NCBI RefSeq assembly: GCF_018350175.1
Contig: NC_058368.1
Span: forward strand, 109,618,001-109,682,000
From: Felis catus
Lineage: Eukaryota
DNA: 64,000 nucleotides
Direction: 5' to 3'
Of this stretch, positions 27,520-43,045 are shown one piece after another (the first letter of the stretch is position 1; each line of letters begins with the position of its first letter). The translations under genes and the position numbers were made by a program. The notes below the pieces were generated by a model. The model saw only the letters and a program-made list of their open reading frames with translations, ran no database searches and was not told where the DNA came from.

Positions 27520-27635
27520 ATCCAAGTCGCTCTTGATTCCGTTATCTTGTTTTATTTTCTTCATAGCAATTATCACTATCTGAACTTATGTATTTATTCA
27601 CTTATTTATTGTCTGTCTCCCACTAGAATGGGAAT
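27520..27635. mobile_element. L2-like 3' fragment just downstream of exon 5
   Basis: ttttcttcatagcaattatcactatctga...tttattgtctgtctcccactagaatg resembles L2 3' sequence. Confidence 0.55.
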
Positions 27636-27720
27636 GGCAAGACAATTTTGAATTCATATGATTTTAGTGAAGCCATTGAGAGTTTTCTAACAGAATCAAA
27701 GACACATGTTATTTACTTAC

Positions 27721-27807
27721 CTTAGTTGGAAAAGGAAATTTGGAAGGTTCTGTTTTGCATGGTGTATGAATAGCCGTTAGAGGGGGAGGCCATGAATGCG
27801 TCATCTC
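27721..27807 (-). CDS. AFF4: AFF4 exon 5, aa 322-350 (ELL-binding region)
   Basis: Acceptor atttcag|GAG, 87 nt encoding [29 protein letters not shown], donor AAG|gtaagt. Confidence 0.97.
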
Positions 27808-28139
27808 CTGAAATGTAATTATTACAGTTTGTTTTCAACCAGTTCAAGGATAAAAGTTACATAGCTAAAAACCAGATTTATATTATAAATGCTGGTTTCA
27901 TGGTAGCTCCTCCAAAAGTATACATATTTGATCGGTAAGTATTTATTAAGCACAATTGTGTGCAAAGCACTATGGGGGCAGGAAACAGTAAGATAAATAA
28001 TATACACTCCCTGGCTTCAAGAAGCTTGGAGTTAGGATGCCGAAACCTGTGAAATGTCACAGAAATCAGCCTGTGATCAAACACAAGGCACACAGTACAA
28101 TGCTACTGAGGAAGAGCCGGCTGTGAGAGCTGTGACAGG

Positions 28140-28380
28140 GGTAATAATAAGAAAAGGAGGTAACACTGTGTGCCTGTAATGGGCCACCTACTGTGCCGTT
28201 TTACCTGTCTGTTCCTCATTTAGTACTCACAATGGTATTAGGAGGTAGATACTGTTATTACCCTGACTCTGCGTAGGATGAAACTGAAGCACAGAAATTG
28301 TCCATTAAAAGTCAAACACGTAGTAAGTAATGGACACACAGTTGCACCCTAGGAGTCTGGCTGCAGAACCTATTAACTGA
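28140..28380. mobile_element. MIR SINE remnant
   Basis: Core-like ggtagatactgttattacc...gatgaaactgaagcacaga. Confidence 0.6.
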
Positions 28381-30508
28381 TAGGAAGTTTTGGTCAGGTG
28401 GAGGAAATCAGAAGAGAGATATCAAAAGCAAGACAGACAAGCAAGGCCATAAGTATGATTTCGTTCAAAGCCTTCTGTTTAATCATATGCCAACTATGTT
28501 CAAGTGGAGATTTGGATAAGATCACAATGTATATGTTAGAAGAGCAGGGGAAAGAGAGATAATCAGATTTAGAATAAGGAGGGAGTGTTTTATTTCTGGC
28601 ATATAGCTCAAAGTAAGCCATCAGATAGACTGAGAAAATACAATAAATTAAAAGTGGTACAATTTTTAGGAATTTACTCTGTAGCTATACCCACATAGTT
28701 AGGTAAAAATACATGTTCAAGGGGCCTATGCTTAAAAAATGGAAACAACCTACATATCCAACAGCACAGAAATAATTACCAGACAGTCATACAATGGAAC
28801 ACCAAGCAGACAGTAAAATGAGTAATTTTAACTACTGATATGAAATCATGTCCACAATATATTGTTAAGTGATAAATACAAATCATAGTCTATGTGCTAG
28901 TAAATGCTCATATGTGAAAAAAAATCTCTGGCTACCTGTGGGCAACAGAAAGACAGGAGGAGGAAGGGACATGGGCATGTGATACAGTCTATACTACCTG
29001 AACCTCATAAAACAGCCACCTGCACTGTAATTGCTCTTTATCCTCTTACAACGCTTTATTTTTCAATGGCATTTCATGTTCTCAAATAATATTACATAGT
29101 TGATTATTTCCAATATCCTACTCTAGAACATCAATTCAAAGGGTGCAATACTATCATTATTATCACCACTGTATCCGAAGGGCTTGATAATGGCAGGTGC
29201 TCAATTAGTAAGCTTTGAATTAATCTTTTTTTATTTTACAATAAACATGTATCATTTTTAGATTAAAACGTTTTTTCTTTAAGTTCATGATGGGGTTCCT
29301 AGAAACAGGAGAACTACAAATATCAAGAAAACATCAAGGCAGTCAGGACCAGAAGTTCCTTACACACTGCATACAGGGAAAGGAAACAGAAACTCATGCA
29401 CTCTAGGTTTTCAGTGTGCATTTTACACTGCAAATACCAAAGTACTCTCAACAGAAAATCTATGTAACTCCATCATTAAATGTCAGAGCACCTATTAAAC
29501 CCAAGGCCATGGTGCCAAGCCCTGTATATACAAAATGTATAATAAATGGTCAGTAACATCAAAGAGTAATTATATATAAGAAATCTAAGATTCTTCCAGG
29601 TATTATATCATGCATTTTTGAGGATGCAAGAGAAAAGATAAATGCTGTTAAACTTTTTATATACATGGCAACTGAAAAATGCACACTATGTGAGATTCAA
29701 AGGAAAGACTTATTTTTGTGATCTGATGGTCTGACATAGGGGAAAGAAGGATTTCACTGGGATTCTAAGAAAAAAATAGAATCTATATATGACTGAAGAC
29801 TAAGGAGAAACATATTTCACCAAGTTTACTTTAAAAAAGGTAAAAGAGCAAGTAAGTACATGCCTTAGTGAAACCAATTTGGCAAAAGTGGTGAATCAAT
29901 AGCGAAAGAGGTTAGAACCGGCCTATAGGAGGTCTAGAATGTTGAAGCTGGACACTATTCTTTCTATGGGGCTTAGAGACTCACTGAAAACTTCTAAAAA
30001 GGAAATTAACTTATGAAGACAATGGATTAAAGAGAGAATCTGGTAGCAATATAGATGACAGAGGAGAAGGGAGACTCAAGGCAGAAAGGCAAAGCAAGGA
30101 CTGTATATTGCAATTTTTGAAGCTCAAGGTGGCAGAAATGGAAATAAAGGAATGGTATTTCCAAGGAGTATTCAAAGCGTACATGTAGTTTTGTGATTAA
30201 ACAGAAAATGAGAGAAAATGAAGATTTTACACTTATAAGCACATGAGAATGGTAGTACCACTAATAGAAGGAAGTCTAATAAATCTGCCTTTAGACATGA
30301 TGAATCTAAAAAAAAACAGGGAGAAATGCAAATGGACGCACAGCTACGAGGCAAGGAAGAGACATAAACCACAACCCAAGGGAGGCTAAGCAGGAGATAA
30401 AGACTGAACTGCTAATAGTTGAAGCCATTAACAATAAAGGAAAATTAAGACAGAGCAAAAAGAAAAGGAGAAGCTAGAAAAAAGGACCCATATTTTAAAA
30501 GATAAAAA

Positions 30509-30735
30509 GGGCACCTGGGTGACTCAGTTGGTTGAGCATCCAAGTCTTGATTTTGGCTCACGTCATGATCCCAGGGTTGTGGAATCGAGCCCCAAGTCAG
30601 GCTCCATGCTAAAGATTCATTCTCTCTCTCTCTCTCTCTCTCTCCCTCTCTCCCTCTCTCCCTCCCTCCTCCCCAGACCCCCTTTGCCACTCTCTCTCTA
30701 AAATAAAAAATTTTTTTAATTTTTAATTTAAAAAA
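30509..30735 (+). mobile_element. CanSINE
   Basis: Head plus a long CT tract. Confidence 0.88.
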
Positions 30736-31727
30736 TAAGAGAAGAGCAGACACAAAGGTTTCCAAAAGGCAGAGAATGAGACAAGGGTGGAAGGAAATAA
30801 AAACAGTGAAGCATAGTAACAGTCAAGGGAAGGAAGAATCAGGTTTCCAGAAGTAAAAAATAAAAATTCTTTAAAACAGCAGAAACAGCAGAGAACTCAA
30901 ATGAAAGCCCCAGTGAAGGGGAAGATAATGACTTTAGACAAACAGGTTCAGCAGAATGATAGAAGTATATCAAAGACTGCAGTGGGCTGAAGAAAGGAAG
31001 GAGAGAATAAAGTGGAGGCAGCAAAGCAAGTAGTCTTTCAGAAGTATCCACAGTGAAATGCACGTATAGACACAAAAACTCAGGAGCTTATGCAAAAAGT
31101 ACAAGTAATATGTAACTTAACAGTTTTTCTCTATTGAGCCAAAAGCAGTCACTGTCACTCATTAATTTCCTGGACTTTCTCTTTTTCCGACAGACAACTT
31201 TTTCTTTTCCCAAAAGAGGAATACACATTTTGGTCACGTGGCACTTTTAAACATATTCCACTCAACACTCAAAATGAGCAATATTCAGAGGTCTTTCATT
31301 ATAGGATTTGACCAGTATGTACAGAAGAATTACAAAGCAAGTATTTTCAATGAAATGTTTTGACTGGTAATTACTGAGTTTTTTAGCACTTAAATTAACT
31401 GATCAGCCTTAGAAAGTGCAATTATATTTGCTTTCTTCCTCTTTTCAAGGCAAAGTATTAAACCTGGAATTTGCTTTACTTAAAAATGAAAAACAAAACC
31501 AGTTCTTTGAGGGCAGACAGTAAACAAACCAAATGATTCAGAAACTAAGTATGAAAATAAGCAAAATAGAGTCAACTACTTTTTAAGGACATAATGAGGT
31601 TACGCATGTAAGCAATTTCCTGCTTCACATCCTTTGAGAAATATTGGGGAGAAGAGAGAAAAAGATAGCAGAGCATCATAAATAAAAAAGACTGAAACTA
31701 TAAAAAAAAAAAAAATCAACAACTTAC

Positions 31728-31772
31728 TTTAAGAATCTCATCCACACAGCTCACATCACCAGAAGCAGATGC
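31728..31772 (-). CDS. AFF4: AFF4 exon 4, aa 307-321
   Basis: Acceptor ttttcctcttaag|GCA, 45 nt encoding ASASGDVSCVDEILK, donor AAA|gtaagt. Confidence 0.97.
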
Positions 31773-33032
31773 CTTAAGAGGAAAAGAAACACACATTAAA
31801 TTTGGAGTCATTTATTATTAGATTTGTATCATTTTTGTACAGATTTAACAATATTGCTAGAAAGTGAATTAAATTTAAAGATATATTTATTGATCCCACT
31901 ACTCTAAATCACCACACTAATTAGAACCTTTGGACAAAGTTCCTTTAATGTCAATTTTTCAAGCTCTAAAAAATTTTAATCATCAACTGTACAGGATGTA
32001 AAGAACTTTGTATTTTTCAGAAGTTTTAAAAAGTCCTATCTTTCTTAGATTAGAAATAAATTTTTAAATGTTATTTTTCAGGTGAGAAACTTATCAAACA
32101 TTTAAAGTTTATTTATATACAAAATATTCCAAGATACTGAAATGTATCATTTCAAACAAAATAAAACCAATATTACTGAAAGAATACTTGTCTGGGACAG
32201 AATGGACATTTTATATAGCTTTTCATAAATTATGGAAAAGTTGTTTATTCTAAAGCACAATCAGGAATTAGAGAGCTAGAGTGTGAACTCAAATCCACCT
32301 CCAAGGATCATGTCATCTGAAGAAAGAACAACCACTTCACTGTTCTCTTGCAAGGAGTGATTAGATGACACATGCCATGAACAACAGTTTCCCAAGTCCA
32401 TAGGAAAAATGTTTCAATGTTCTCAAAATGGCACCTTACCTATCCTTGATCCCTTCAACCACGTTTTAAGCTATAAACTATGACTTTCAGTTACTGACAC
32501 TACTTTTGAAAATTTTATTTTAAAATTTACATTAAAAGATAAAACTTCTATTTCACAATGAATGCTCAATTTCTTTGGTTATTCTGATGCTTGGTATACA
32601 GTTATAATGCTGTAAATTTCAAACCACCACTATGAATTTAGAGCAGCTGCCTCAAACCTTTAAGTTTAACCAGAGAAAAGATCATGGAAACCAAACCACA
32701 CAACATTACCAACTGGATGGATCCTCAAAAATCTTAACATTCCCTACAATGAACCACTGCCCACATCTCATTCATGAGTATCACAATGAGAAAACAAGTT
32801 TATTTTTTTAAACACAATATGTATTATTTCATACAATCAAAAGGAGGAAATCTAAGGTATTGATCTCATAGATCGTGCTTTTATTCTGTAACTGTTATTT
32901 GAATATTTGAAAATAGTGAATGGCATTTTCTCTACTGCCCAAGAGGGGAAGTTAACAGGTCTGTGGATCCACTTTAGAGTCAATGACAAGCCTTTTTTTA
33001 AACTTATATACACCTTCTCATTAAAACAGAGA

Positions 33033-34325
<1,293 letters not shown>

Positions 34326-34573
34326 CTACAAAAAAATTGCAAAATAAAATTATATAATTAGCACAACCAGAAATAAAAGATGCTTCTAAACGGACTTTCC
34401 AAACTTCAAATGCAAAGGGATTTTTCAAAGAGAAACCTCATGTCATATCTTAAGGTTAACATCTCAAAAGCAAACTCCAAACATATAATTTTTATAGTGA
34501 CAAAAAAAAAACCAAAACACTGAAAGTGAAAAACATTCATGCTAAAACACAAATATTCTAAAGGACACTGAGA

Positions 34574-35061
34574 TATAGCAGCACTCTCAACAATAGCCAA
34601 ATTATGGAAAGAGCCTAAATGTCCATCAACTGATGAACAGATAAAGAAATTGTGGTTTATATACACAATGGAGAACTACGTGGCAACGAGAAAGAATGAA
34701 ATACGGCCCTTTGTAGCAACGTGGATGGAAGTGGAGAGTGTGATGCTAAGTGAAATAAGCCATACAGAGAAAGACAGATACCATATGGTTTCACTCTTAT
34801 GTGGATCCTGAAAAACTTAACAGAAACCCATGGGGGAGGGGAAGGGGAAAAAAAAAAAAAAGAAGTTAGAGTGGGAGGAAGCCAAAGCATAAGAGACTCT
34901 TAAAAACTGAGAACAAACTGAGGGTTGATGGGGGGTGGGAGGGAGGGGAGGGTGGCTGATGGGTACTGAGGTGGGCACCTTTTGGGATGAGCACTGGGTG
35001 TTGTATAGAAACCAATTTGACAATAAATTTCATATATTGAAAAAAAATAAAAATTAAAATT

Positions 35062-35106
<45 letters not shown>

Positions 35107-35109
35107 AAA
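34574..35109 (+). mobile_element. Young 5'-truncated felid L1 3' end in AFF4 intron 2
   Basis: End of ORF2 plus 3'UTR, (TAAA)n tail, TSD taaaggacactgaga (34559-34573, 35110-35124). Confidence 0.92.
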
Positions 35110-36372
35110 TAAAGGACACTGAGAAATATGTAGAAAAGATTCCAGAAGGGAAAAAAAATCCAAATTTCACCAATAAATATATTGGAATAGTAGTAAAAAT
35201 CTTTTGAAAAGTAATGTGCCTTTATGTCATTCAGTTCTAGGTCAGCTGCTGAGCCAACACTCATTATTTTAGCAATCTAGGAAAACATTATATTACTTAA
35301 CAGTTCAATGTTACAGTTAGAAAGAGAAACAAAAATTTAATGAAATGAGTTATATCCAACTGACATTTTTAAAAATTTTAATTTCTTCTGTTACTGTGAC
35401 TAACAAAAGTCAACAAAAAAATTAAGAATGGAAAAGCCATTGATAAAGTTTCAAATATTAATTCTATTAATTCTGACCAACAAACACAAGTTTTGAAGTC
35501 AATGGTACACACTTTAAGTTTTGAAAATCATTCTTGAAGGGACACCTGGGTGGTTTAGTCAGTTGAGCATCCGACTCTTGATTTCAGCTCAAGTCATGAT
35601 CTCACAGTTCAGGAGATCAAGCCCCACCTCAGGCTCTGTGCTGTGTGGAGCCTGCTTGAGATTATCTCTCTCCCCCTCTTTCTCTGTCCCTACTCTGCTT
35701 GCAGGTGCACGCGCTCTCTCTCTCTTTCTCTCAAAATAAATACATAAACACTTAAAATTAATACTAAAATCATTCTTAGATAATAAAGTCCAAGATGTCT
35801 ACAAGCTTTAGGACTCATTCACGTTCATACGCAAGAAGGAGAGTAAGCTTACTGATTACATTAAAGAAGAAATCAACCACTACTATTTATTTTGAGATTG
35901 GCATGAATTGATAATAACTTTAGATTATGTGAAAATCAGTCTGACCCCTATTAAACAAGAAAGGCAAATATATAGACAGCATCGAGATCAGGAATCAAAT
36001 CCAATTCATTACATTGTAATTATAAAATAAATGGTAGTATGATTTGAAGATTCTGGACCAATCTCTTGTTTTTTCCAAAATGTCTTTAATCTCTAATTCC
36101 AAACCCCAGGTTTTGTGTCACACTCATATAAATGATGTCAGTATAACCTTAAAAACTAAAAACATGGCTTCTACAGATCTCATAAATGGCTTCTACAAAC
36201 ACCAAATGTTTTAAGAACAAAGTCAAACTATGTGTAATATTTATATTTCATCAGAAAAAATAGTTTAATACACTCTCAATCTCATACTGCAAACCCACAA
36301 TGGTCATTACTGTGACAATATATACTATTACAGCCACCATACATAGCCTAAGCCTTTAAAAATGTAAGGCTA

Positions 36373-36585
36373 GGGGCGCCTGGGTGGCGCAGTCGGTTGA
36401 GCGTCCGACTTCAGCCAGGTCACGATCTCACGGTCCGTGAGTTCAAGCCCCGCGTCGGGCTCTGGGCTGATGGCTCAGAGCCTGGAGCCTGCTTCTGATT
36501 CTGTGTCTCCCTCTCTCTCTGCCCCTCCCCTATTCATGCTCTGTCTCTCTCTGTCCCAAAAATAAATAAACATTGAAAAAAAAAA
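36373..36585 (+). mobile_element. Young felid CanSINE in intron 2
   Basis: TSD aaaaatgtaaggcta. Confidence 0.93.
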
Positions 36586-36901
36586 AATGTAAGGCTAGAT
36601 CAAATGAAAGCCAAAGGCAAATCAAGTATTAGAGACATTTATGGCCACTACAGCTATGTTAGAGTCAATCAGAAGTGATATGTACTGTTTTATGCAATCC
36701 CAAATCAAGTACGATGATAGCTATAAAAATAGCAATTGGTTCAATTTATTGAACGTCTCTGACAACATGCTTTTAACGTAAATTGGAATCTGGCAATTAA
36801 CCACATAAAAAAGAAAGATAACTTAGTATACGGTAAGAGAAAAAGGAACCAGACTGATAGTGAAAACACATTTATTCAAACATACTAATAGTCATTGATA
36901 C

Positions 36902-37040
36902 TTAGTTAACTAAGTAAGCAAATGGCAAGAAACAAGACAGACACAAAGAATATCTGAAATAAGTGTCTTTGATTGATGTTATACCCAAAGAACCTAGGAA
37001 ACAGCAGATGACGCATACCCATTTACAAAATATTAATTTA
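36902..37040. repeat. Arm B of an inverted repeat flanking AFF4 exon 2 (intron 2 side)
   Basis: 36902-36936 matches the reverse complement of 38906-38940 at 34/35, and 36989-37040 matches the reverse complement of 38831-38882 at 44/52. Confidence 0.9.
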
Positions 37041-37439
37041 ATTCAGAAAGGTGAAATGTCTGCCCAGGATTAGTGGTAAAGCCAAGAATATAGAGATAAA
37101 TGCTTGAGTTAGTCCAGACCACATTTAAGACTATGAGATAGCAAAGGGGAGATGGAAGGAGGTATGGGTTTGAGGACAACTTTAGGATGCTAACAATATT
37201 GTTTCTTGATCTAGATACTGATTATATAAGAGTGTTCATGTTGTGAAAATTCTTTCAGCTAAAACACTTGTTTTGTGTACCTTTCTGCATGTTATACTCC
37301 AATGACAAGTTTATCCCCAAAAAGGTGATTCTGATTTAGAGGAAAGGAAAAAATGTTAAATGGTATACATATTAGTAACTCTTTCCTACTATAAAAATTC
37401 AATTTTAAACACTTTCTTCAAAGGAAAACTGTCACACTA

Positions 37440-37625
<186 letters not shown>

Positions 37626-37852
37626 TTACAAAAAGAAAAATTAAATGTTCTGTACTCACTTTGTGAGTTTAAAGCTTCAATCAGAGATTCCCTTTCAAGT
37701 TCCAAGTAATAACAGGCATTAGTGCTGAAGCTGGGTACTGGTAATGGTTTTACCAACTAATACCAAGTGTCTTGCATAGCTATCGAGACAGGAAACACTA
37801 GCCCAGAGTATTAGGATCCACCCCATTGAAACATTTAACCTCATCAATTTTT

Positions 37853-38068
37853 TTTTTAATTTTTTTTTTCAACGTTTATTTTTGGGACAGAGAGAGACAG
37901 AGCATGAATGGGGGAGGGGCAGAGAGAGAGGGAGACACAGAATCAGAAACAGGCTCCAGGCTCTGAGCCATCAGCCCAGAGCCTGACGCGGGGCTCGAAC
38001 TCCCGGACCTCGAGATCGTGACCTGGCTGAAGTCGGACGCTTAACCGACTGCGCCACCCAGGCGCCCC
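37853..38068 (-). mobile_element. Young felid CanSINE in intron 1
   Basis: TSD acctcatcaattttt. Confidence 0.93.
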
Positions 38069-38436
38069 ACCTCATCAATTTTTAAAGAATTCAGCTAGCT
38101 AAAAGTCAGCTAAAACTTATGGAAGGTAGTACTTAAACCCAAATCCTTAGCATTTCCTATAAGCCTTTCATGCTTCCTCTTCAGAAATCTAACTATTCTT
38201 TGCCATTAGAGGCACACAACCCACTCCCACCTACCACTCCCTTCCCCCAGGTATCCAGTGCTTTTCTCTACTTTGCATCTCCTTATCTTGATTCCTTTTT
38301 GTCTCAAACACAGCTTCCTTGGTGTCCATCCTTATGGCAGTTTGACCCCGCTTTGCTGTTGCTCTAGATTCCCTAAAAAAACGACATTTCTGCTCTAAAT
38401 ACATTAATATTTCAATTAATACCTCAATAAATGGCA

Positions 38437-38645
38437 GGGGCACTGGGTGGCTAAGTTGGTTAAGCATCCAACTTCGACTCAGGTCATGATCTCACAATTT
38501 GTGAGTTCGAGCCCCGCATTGGGCTCTATGCTAACAGCTCAGAGCCTGGAGCCTGCTTCAGATTCTATGTCTCCCTTTCTCTCTGCCCCTCCCCTGCTCA
38601 CGCTCTGTCTCTGTCTCTCAAAAATAATTAAATGTTAAAAAAAAG
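38437..38645 (+). mobile_element. CanSINE
   Basis: TSD atacctcaataaatggca. Confidence 0.92.
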
Positions 38646-38830
38646 ATACCTCAATAAATGGCAAAACTGAGGCTTTCAGCAATAGAATCTAAAAATAACT
38701 TGAGTTAGTAATAGTAGTCGAAATTGTACTGAAAAAGAGTCAGTCCTTTGGGGTGGAGGGGAAAATGAGAGGGTCATTTCTATAAACATTACAGCATTTT
38801 GTATTTTCACTAGGAAGAAAACAAAGAAAA

Positions 38831-38940
38831 TGAATTAAAATTTTGTAAATGGGTACACATTATCTGTTGTTTCTTAGGTTCTCTTTCAGAGATATTTGCC
38901 TCTCCCTTGTTTCTTGCCATTTGCTTGCTTAGTTAACTAA
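38831..38940. repeat. Arm A of an inverted repeat flanking AFF4 exon 2 (intron 1 side)
   Basis: Its reverse complement ttagttaactaagcaagcaaatggcaagaaacaag...agaacctaagaaacaacagataatgtgtacccatttacaaaattttaattca aligns to 36902-37040. Confidence 0.9.
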
Positions 38941-39796
38941 ATGTCGTTATTTATAGCAGCAGGGACTTTTGGTTAACAACATAAAAGATGCTGAGCCCCG
39001 GGACAAGGTATTACCAGAGACTCTGCAACATTCTTCCCTGGGGATAGAGTAAATCAGCTATCCTGGTTTTATTTAAAGGGAGTGGGGAATCCTGGAAGAC
39101 ACCAAAGGGAAAAACCAGATTGTATGTGTAGAGCCTTTCTAGCCTTACAATTCATAAATCTAATCTAATCAGAAAACTGAAGTAAATCAAGATGGGAAAT
39201 AAATTTTAATTGTTAAAATTAGAATGGACAGCAAAACCAATATATTCATGAAGATTTTTATAAGTGGTCAGAACAGTGCAAGTAAACATTCAAAAATAAA
39301 ACTTTGTGATTTGCACGATTTAGTATCAAAGTAAATTAATGTTCAAAAAAATATTCTAAATGCTCGAAATGTGTATTAAGGTGTTTCTATGTGTACAATA
39401 TTCTAATAAACTTAGACAAGAATATAAGCTATTTTGAGGTACTGAAGTAATATGTGCTTTCTTTGGTCTCCCTGGTACTTAGTACCATACAGAACCACAA
39501 AAAGTATTTGATTCTTTCTTTAGTAAATACCAGAAAACATCTACACTTCAGTATTCAGAGAGTGAAACCGAAGAACATAATATTATTCTACAATACACTT
39601 GAACCAATTAATAAGTGTATATCACTAACAATCAGGTTTCAGAGAGAACGCTATAAACCTTTACACCTCTTCATATGGTGCTACAGCATATGAAGTGATC
39701 TGTATCCTAAGAGTCTAGGGAATGTGTTAAATACTAATTTCCTTACACTTCCTGAATTCGATTCCTGAAATATTTTTAAAAAAAAAAAGAAATGCC

Positions 39797-40007
39797 GGGG
39801 CGCCTGGGTGGCGCAGTCGGTTAAGCGTCCGACTTCAGCCAGGTCACGATCTCGCGGTCGGTGAGTTCGAGCCCCGCGTCAGGCTCTGGACTGATGGCTC
39901 AGAGCCTGGAGCCTGTTTCCGATTCTGTGTCTCCCTCTCTCTCTGCCCCTCCCCCGTTCATGCTCTGTCTCTCTCTGTCCCAAAAATAAATAAACGTTGT
40001 AAAAAAA
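39797..40007 (+). mobile_element. Young felid CanSINE
   Basis: TSD aaaaaaagaaatgcc. Confidence 0.93.
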
Positions 40008-40929
40008 GAAATGCCTTCCCTAAACCATGATTTAATTAAAGTGCTAAAATAATCATGCAAAAAACACTTGTACATTTATTACACAGATATGATTCCCACA
40101 ATGAAAGTCCTCCAATAATCCAATACAAAAATGTTTTCTTAAACAATGTAAGTCATCCAACTGAATATTACCTTTTAATAAGACTGCCAAGAAGCAGAAC
40201 AAAATTAAATGATTGCTTATAAGAACTAATATCCCAGTTATAGCTCTTATTCTCTAATTTTTTTTTAACTTTTTTTTAAAGTTTATTTATTTTGAGAGAG
40301 ACTGAGAGAGCAAGCGAGGAAGGGGCAGAAAGAGAGGGGGAGAGAGAGAATTGCTAGCAGGCTCCATGATGTCAGCACAGAGTCCAACGTAGGGCTCGAA
40401 CACACAAACCGCAAGATCATGACCTGAACCAAAACCAAGAGTCAGACGCTTAAGTGACTGAGCCACCCAGATTCCCTCAAATTTTTTTCTGATCAGCCTT
40501 ACTTTCACATCTAATTTATTGGATCCACATTTGTTCCTGTGTTTTTGAACATCAATACCTCTGCCTAAGATAAAGTTTCCCACAAACAGTAATTCCAGTA
40601 ATCTGAGATCCCTTAAAATTAACATGAAATTTAAATATAAGTCAATTAGAAGTATATCTCTGCTGCACAGGCAAGCTATTATATAGCATATCCCTCAGGA
40701 GATTTGCAACTACCAGAATGAAAAAGGATTGTTAAAATTAGCAAATTGCTACATCAAAACAAAATCTGTGGGTCTACCAGATAAAATAATTTTTAAAAGC
40801 ATAATAGCAAGTAGAAAGGAGAGTTCTCTAAATTTTTTAATCGCTTAAGGTAAACTGTTCTTAAGTACCTATCAAGTACTTATGTTAAGTTGATATGTTT
40901 ATTTCAAACAGCATTCTATGGTATAGCAT

Positions 40930-42720
40930 AATGGTATAGCAATTTCATTGTTTCAAGATTGAGCAAATGAGTAAATATACCAAGACTTCTAGGGATCCAG
41001 GCATGTTACTATGAAAGAAGAGAGATTATAAATATAGAAAGGAATAAAAAGAAAAAGAACCTTTGAGGACTAGGAACTAGTAGCAGTACAATGAACACAG
41101 GCTTTTATTTTAAAAATCTATATCTATATCTATCTGCCTGCCTGCCTGCCTGCCTGCCTATTGAGAGTGTCTCCAGCTCTGTTCACTGAAAGCGTCGGTG
41201 AGCACTGACATCCCAGAAAAAAGAAGCACTTTCAGTACCCAAATTCTGATTTCTAATATCATTTCCTACGAAAATGGAACAAGACTTCTTGGAGAAATAG
41301 CTCATTCCAAGGCTACAGCAGATAAAGTACAAACAGACCTTAAAATATCTTGTTTTAACAGCAAGAAAATGCACAAAAACAGATGGGGACATATGAAAAG
41401 GGCACGAGAAGCAGCCAGAAGGTGCTCCCATCAGTCAGATTTAGAAACATGAGCATCAAAATAAAGACAAAAATGGAATATAAGCAAATGAACAACAACA
41501 ACAAAAGAATCCCTCAGTCTACAGTAATAATAGCAAAAAATAAAAGAATGAGAAATAAAGCAGGGAGTAAATGCCTTCTTTATAGAACAATGTCAACTAA
41601 TCAATATAGAAGAAATAAAAGAATTAGAAAATCACTTTTTTTGTGAACACTGAAGTAATAATTGAGACCAAAATCACCAATAGGTGCGCACCTGGGTGGC
41701 TCAGTAGGTTGTGCATCTCACTCTTGATTTTGGCTCAGGTTATGATCTCACAGTTGTGGGACTGAGCCCCGCTTAAGATTCTCTCTCTCCCACTCCTTCT
41801 GCTCCTCCCCTGCTTGCACACGCATGTGTGCTCTCTCTCAAAAAAACAAAACAACCATCAGTGGATGCTAAAACCACTGGGGAAAAAATTGGGGGGAATA
41901 GAATATTCAGTATGACCCCATAGACCATTAATTGGAAAAAAATTTTTTAATATAGAGAAGTAAACAATACCCTTAATCAAGTAATCAGAGTTAACATTAT
42001 CAATAATGGGATAAAATAACATCATGTGCAGCACTAAATGAGGCACTAAAGACATATCACTACCTAGGTATTCTTTCTGCTAAAAATTTAACCTGAATCT
42101 AATCAGGAACAAGCAGACAAAACTTAAGTTGAGAACAAGTCTGCAAAATTGGCCTGGACTCTTCAAAGATGTCAGTATCATGAAAAGAAACACAAAAAGA
42201 GGCGGGGGTTACTTTTATATTCTTCTATATTCAAGGAGACACAACAACTAAAGGTTGTATGTGATTCTTCATTTCCCAGACAGTAGTTCTGGGGAGAGAA
42301 AAATGGTTGTGAAGGACATTATTGGGAAATTTGAGTATGAACAGTATTTCAGATAATCCTATCAATGTTCAGTTTTTGAACTATGAATATTGTATTTAGT
42401 AATGTTGGAGAATGTCCTTGGTTCTTAGGACGTACACAGCATATGTGGGTGAAATGTCATCATCGTGTCTGCAAGTCTAAAACGGTTTAGCACCCATCTA
42501 AATATAGATCTAGCATGTGTAGAGAGTGAATGAGTGAGAGAAAGTTTGTGTATGTGTGTATGCAAGCGTGCACGCACACAGGGAGGGTGGAAGAAAGGAG
42601 GGAGGGAGGGCAGGAGGGAAAAACAGACAAGAACTGAACAGTAGAGCAGGATCGGCAATTACAGTAAAAATACTGACAACTGGTACATCTAGATCAAGGG
42701 AATACAGACATATGTTATAC
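40930..42720 (+). mobile_element. Old L1MC/MD-type 3'UTR fragments
   Basis: Motifs aacctgaatctaatc and ggcctggactcttcaaagatgtca resemble L1MC-family 3' ends as recalled. Confidence 0.55.
41133..41159. repeat. (CTGC)n microsatellite
   Basis: About 6 CTGC units. Confidence 0.9.
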
Positions 42721-43045
42721 TTTATTATATAGGTTTGAAATTTCCTTTAATGTTTATTTATTTTGAGAGAGAGAGAATCCCAAGCAAGCTCTACACTGTC
42801 AGTGCAGAGCCTGATGAGGGGCTCAATCTTACAAACCATGAGATCATGACCTGACTTGAAATTAAGGGTTGGACACTTAACAGACTAAGCCACCCAGGCA
42901 CCCCTGAAATTTTTTAAAATAAAAGATAGAAGGAAAAGAGTGATAAAGTTTATACAGGAGAGCACTATGGGTACTTTGCAGCATTTTCACCCTTGGAATT
43001 TACTATCAAATTGTCTCTTCTCTAAAGATTAAAGTATTTCTCTCA

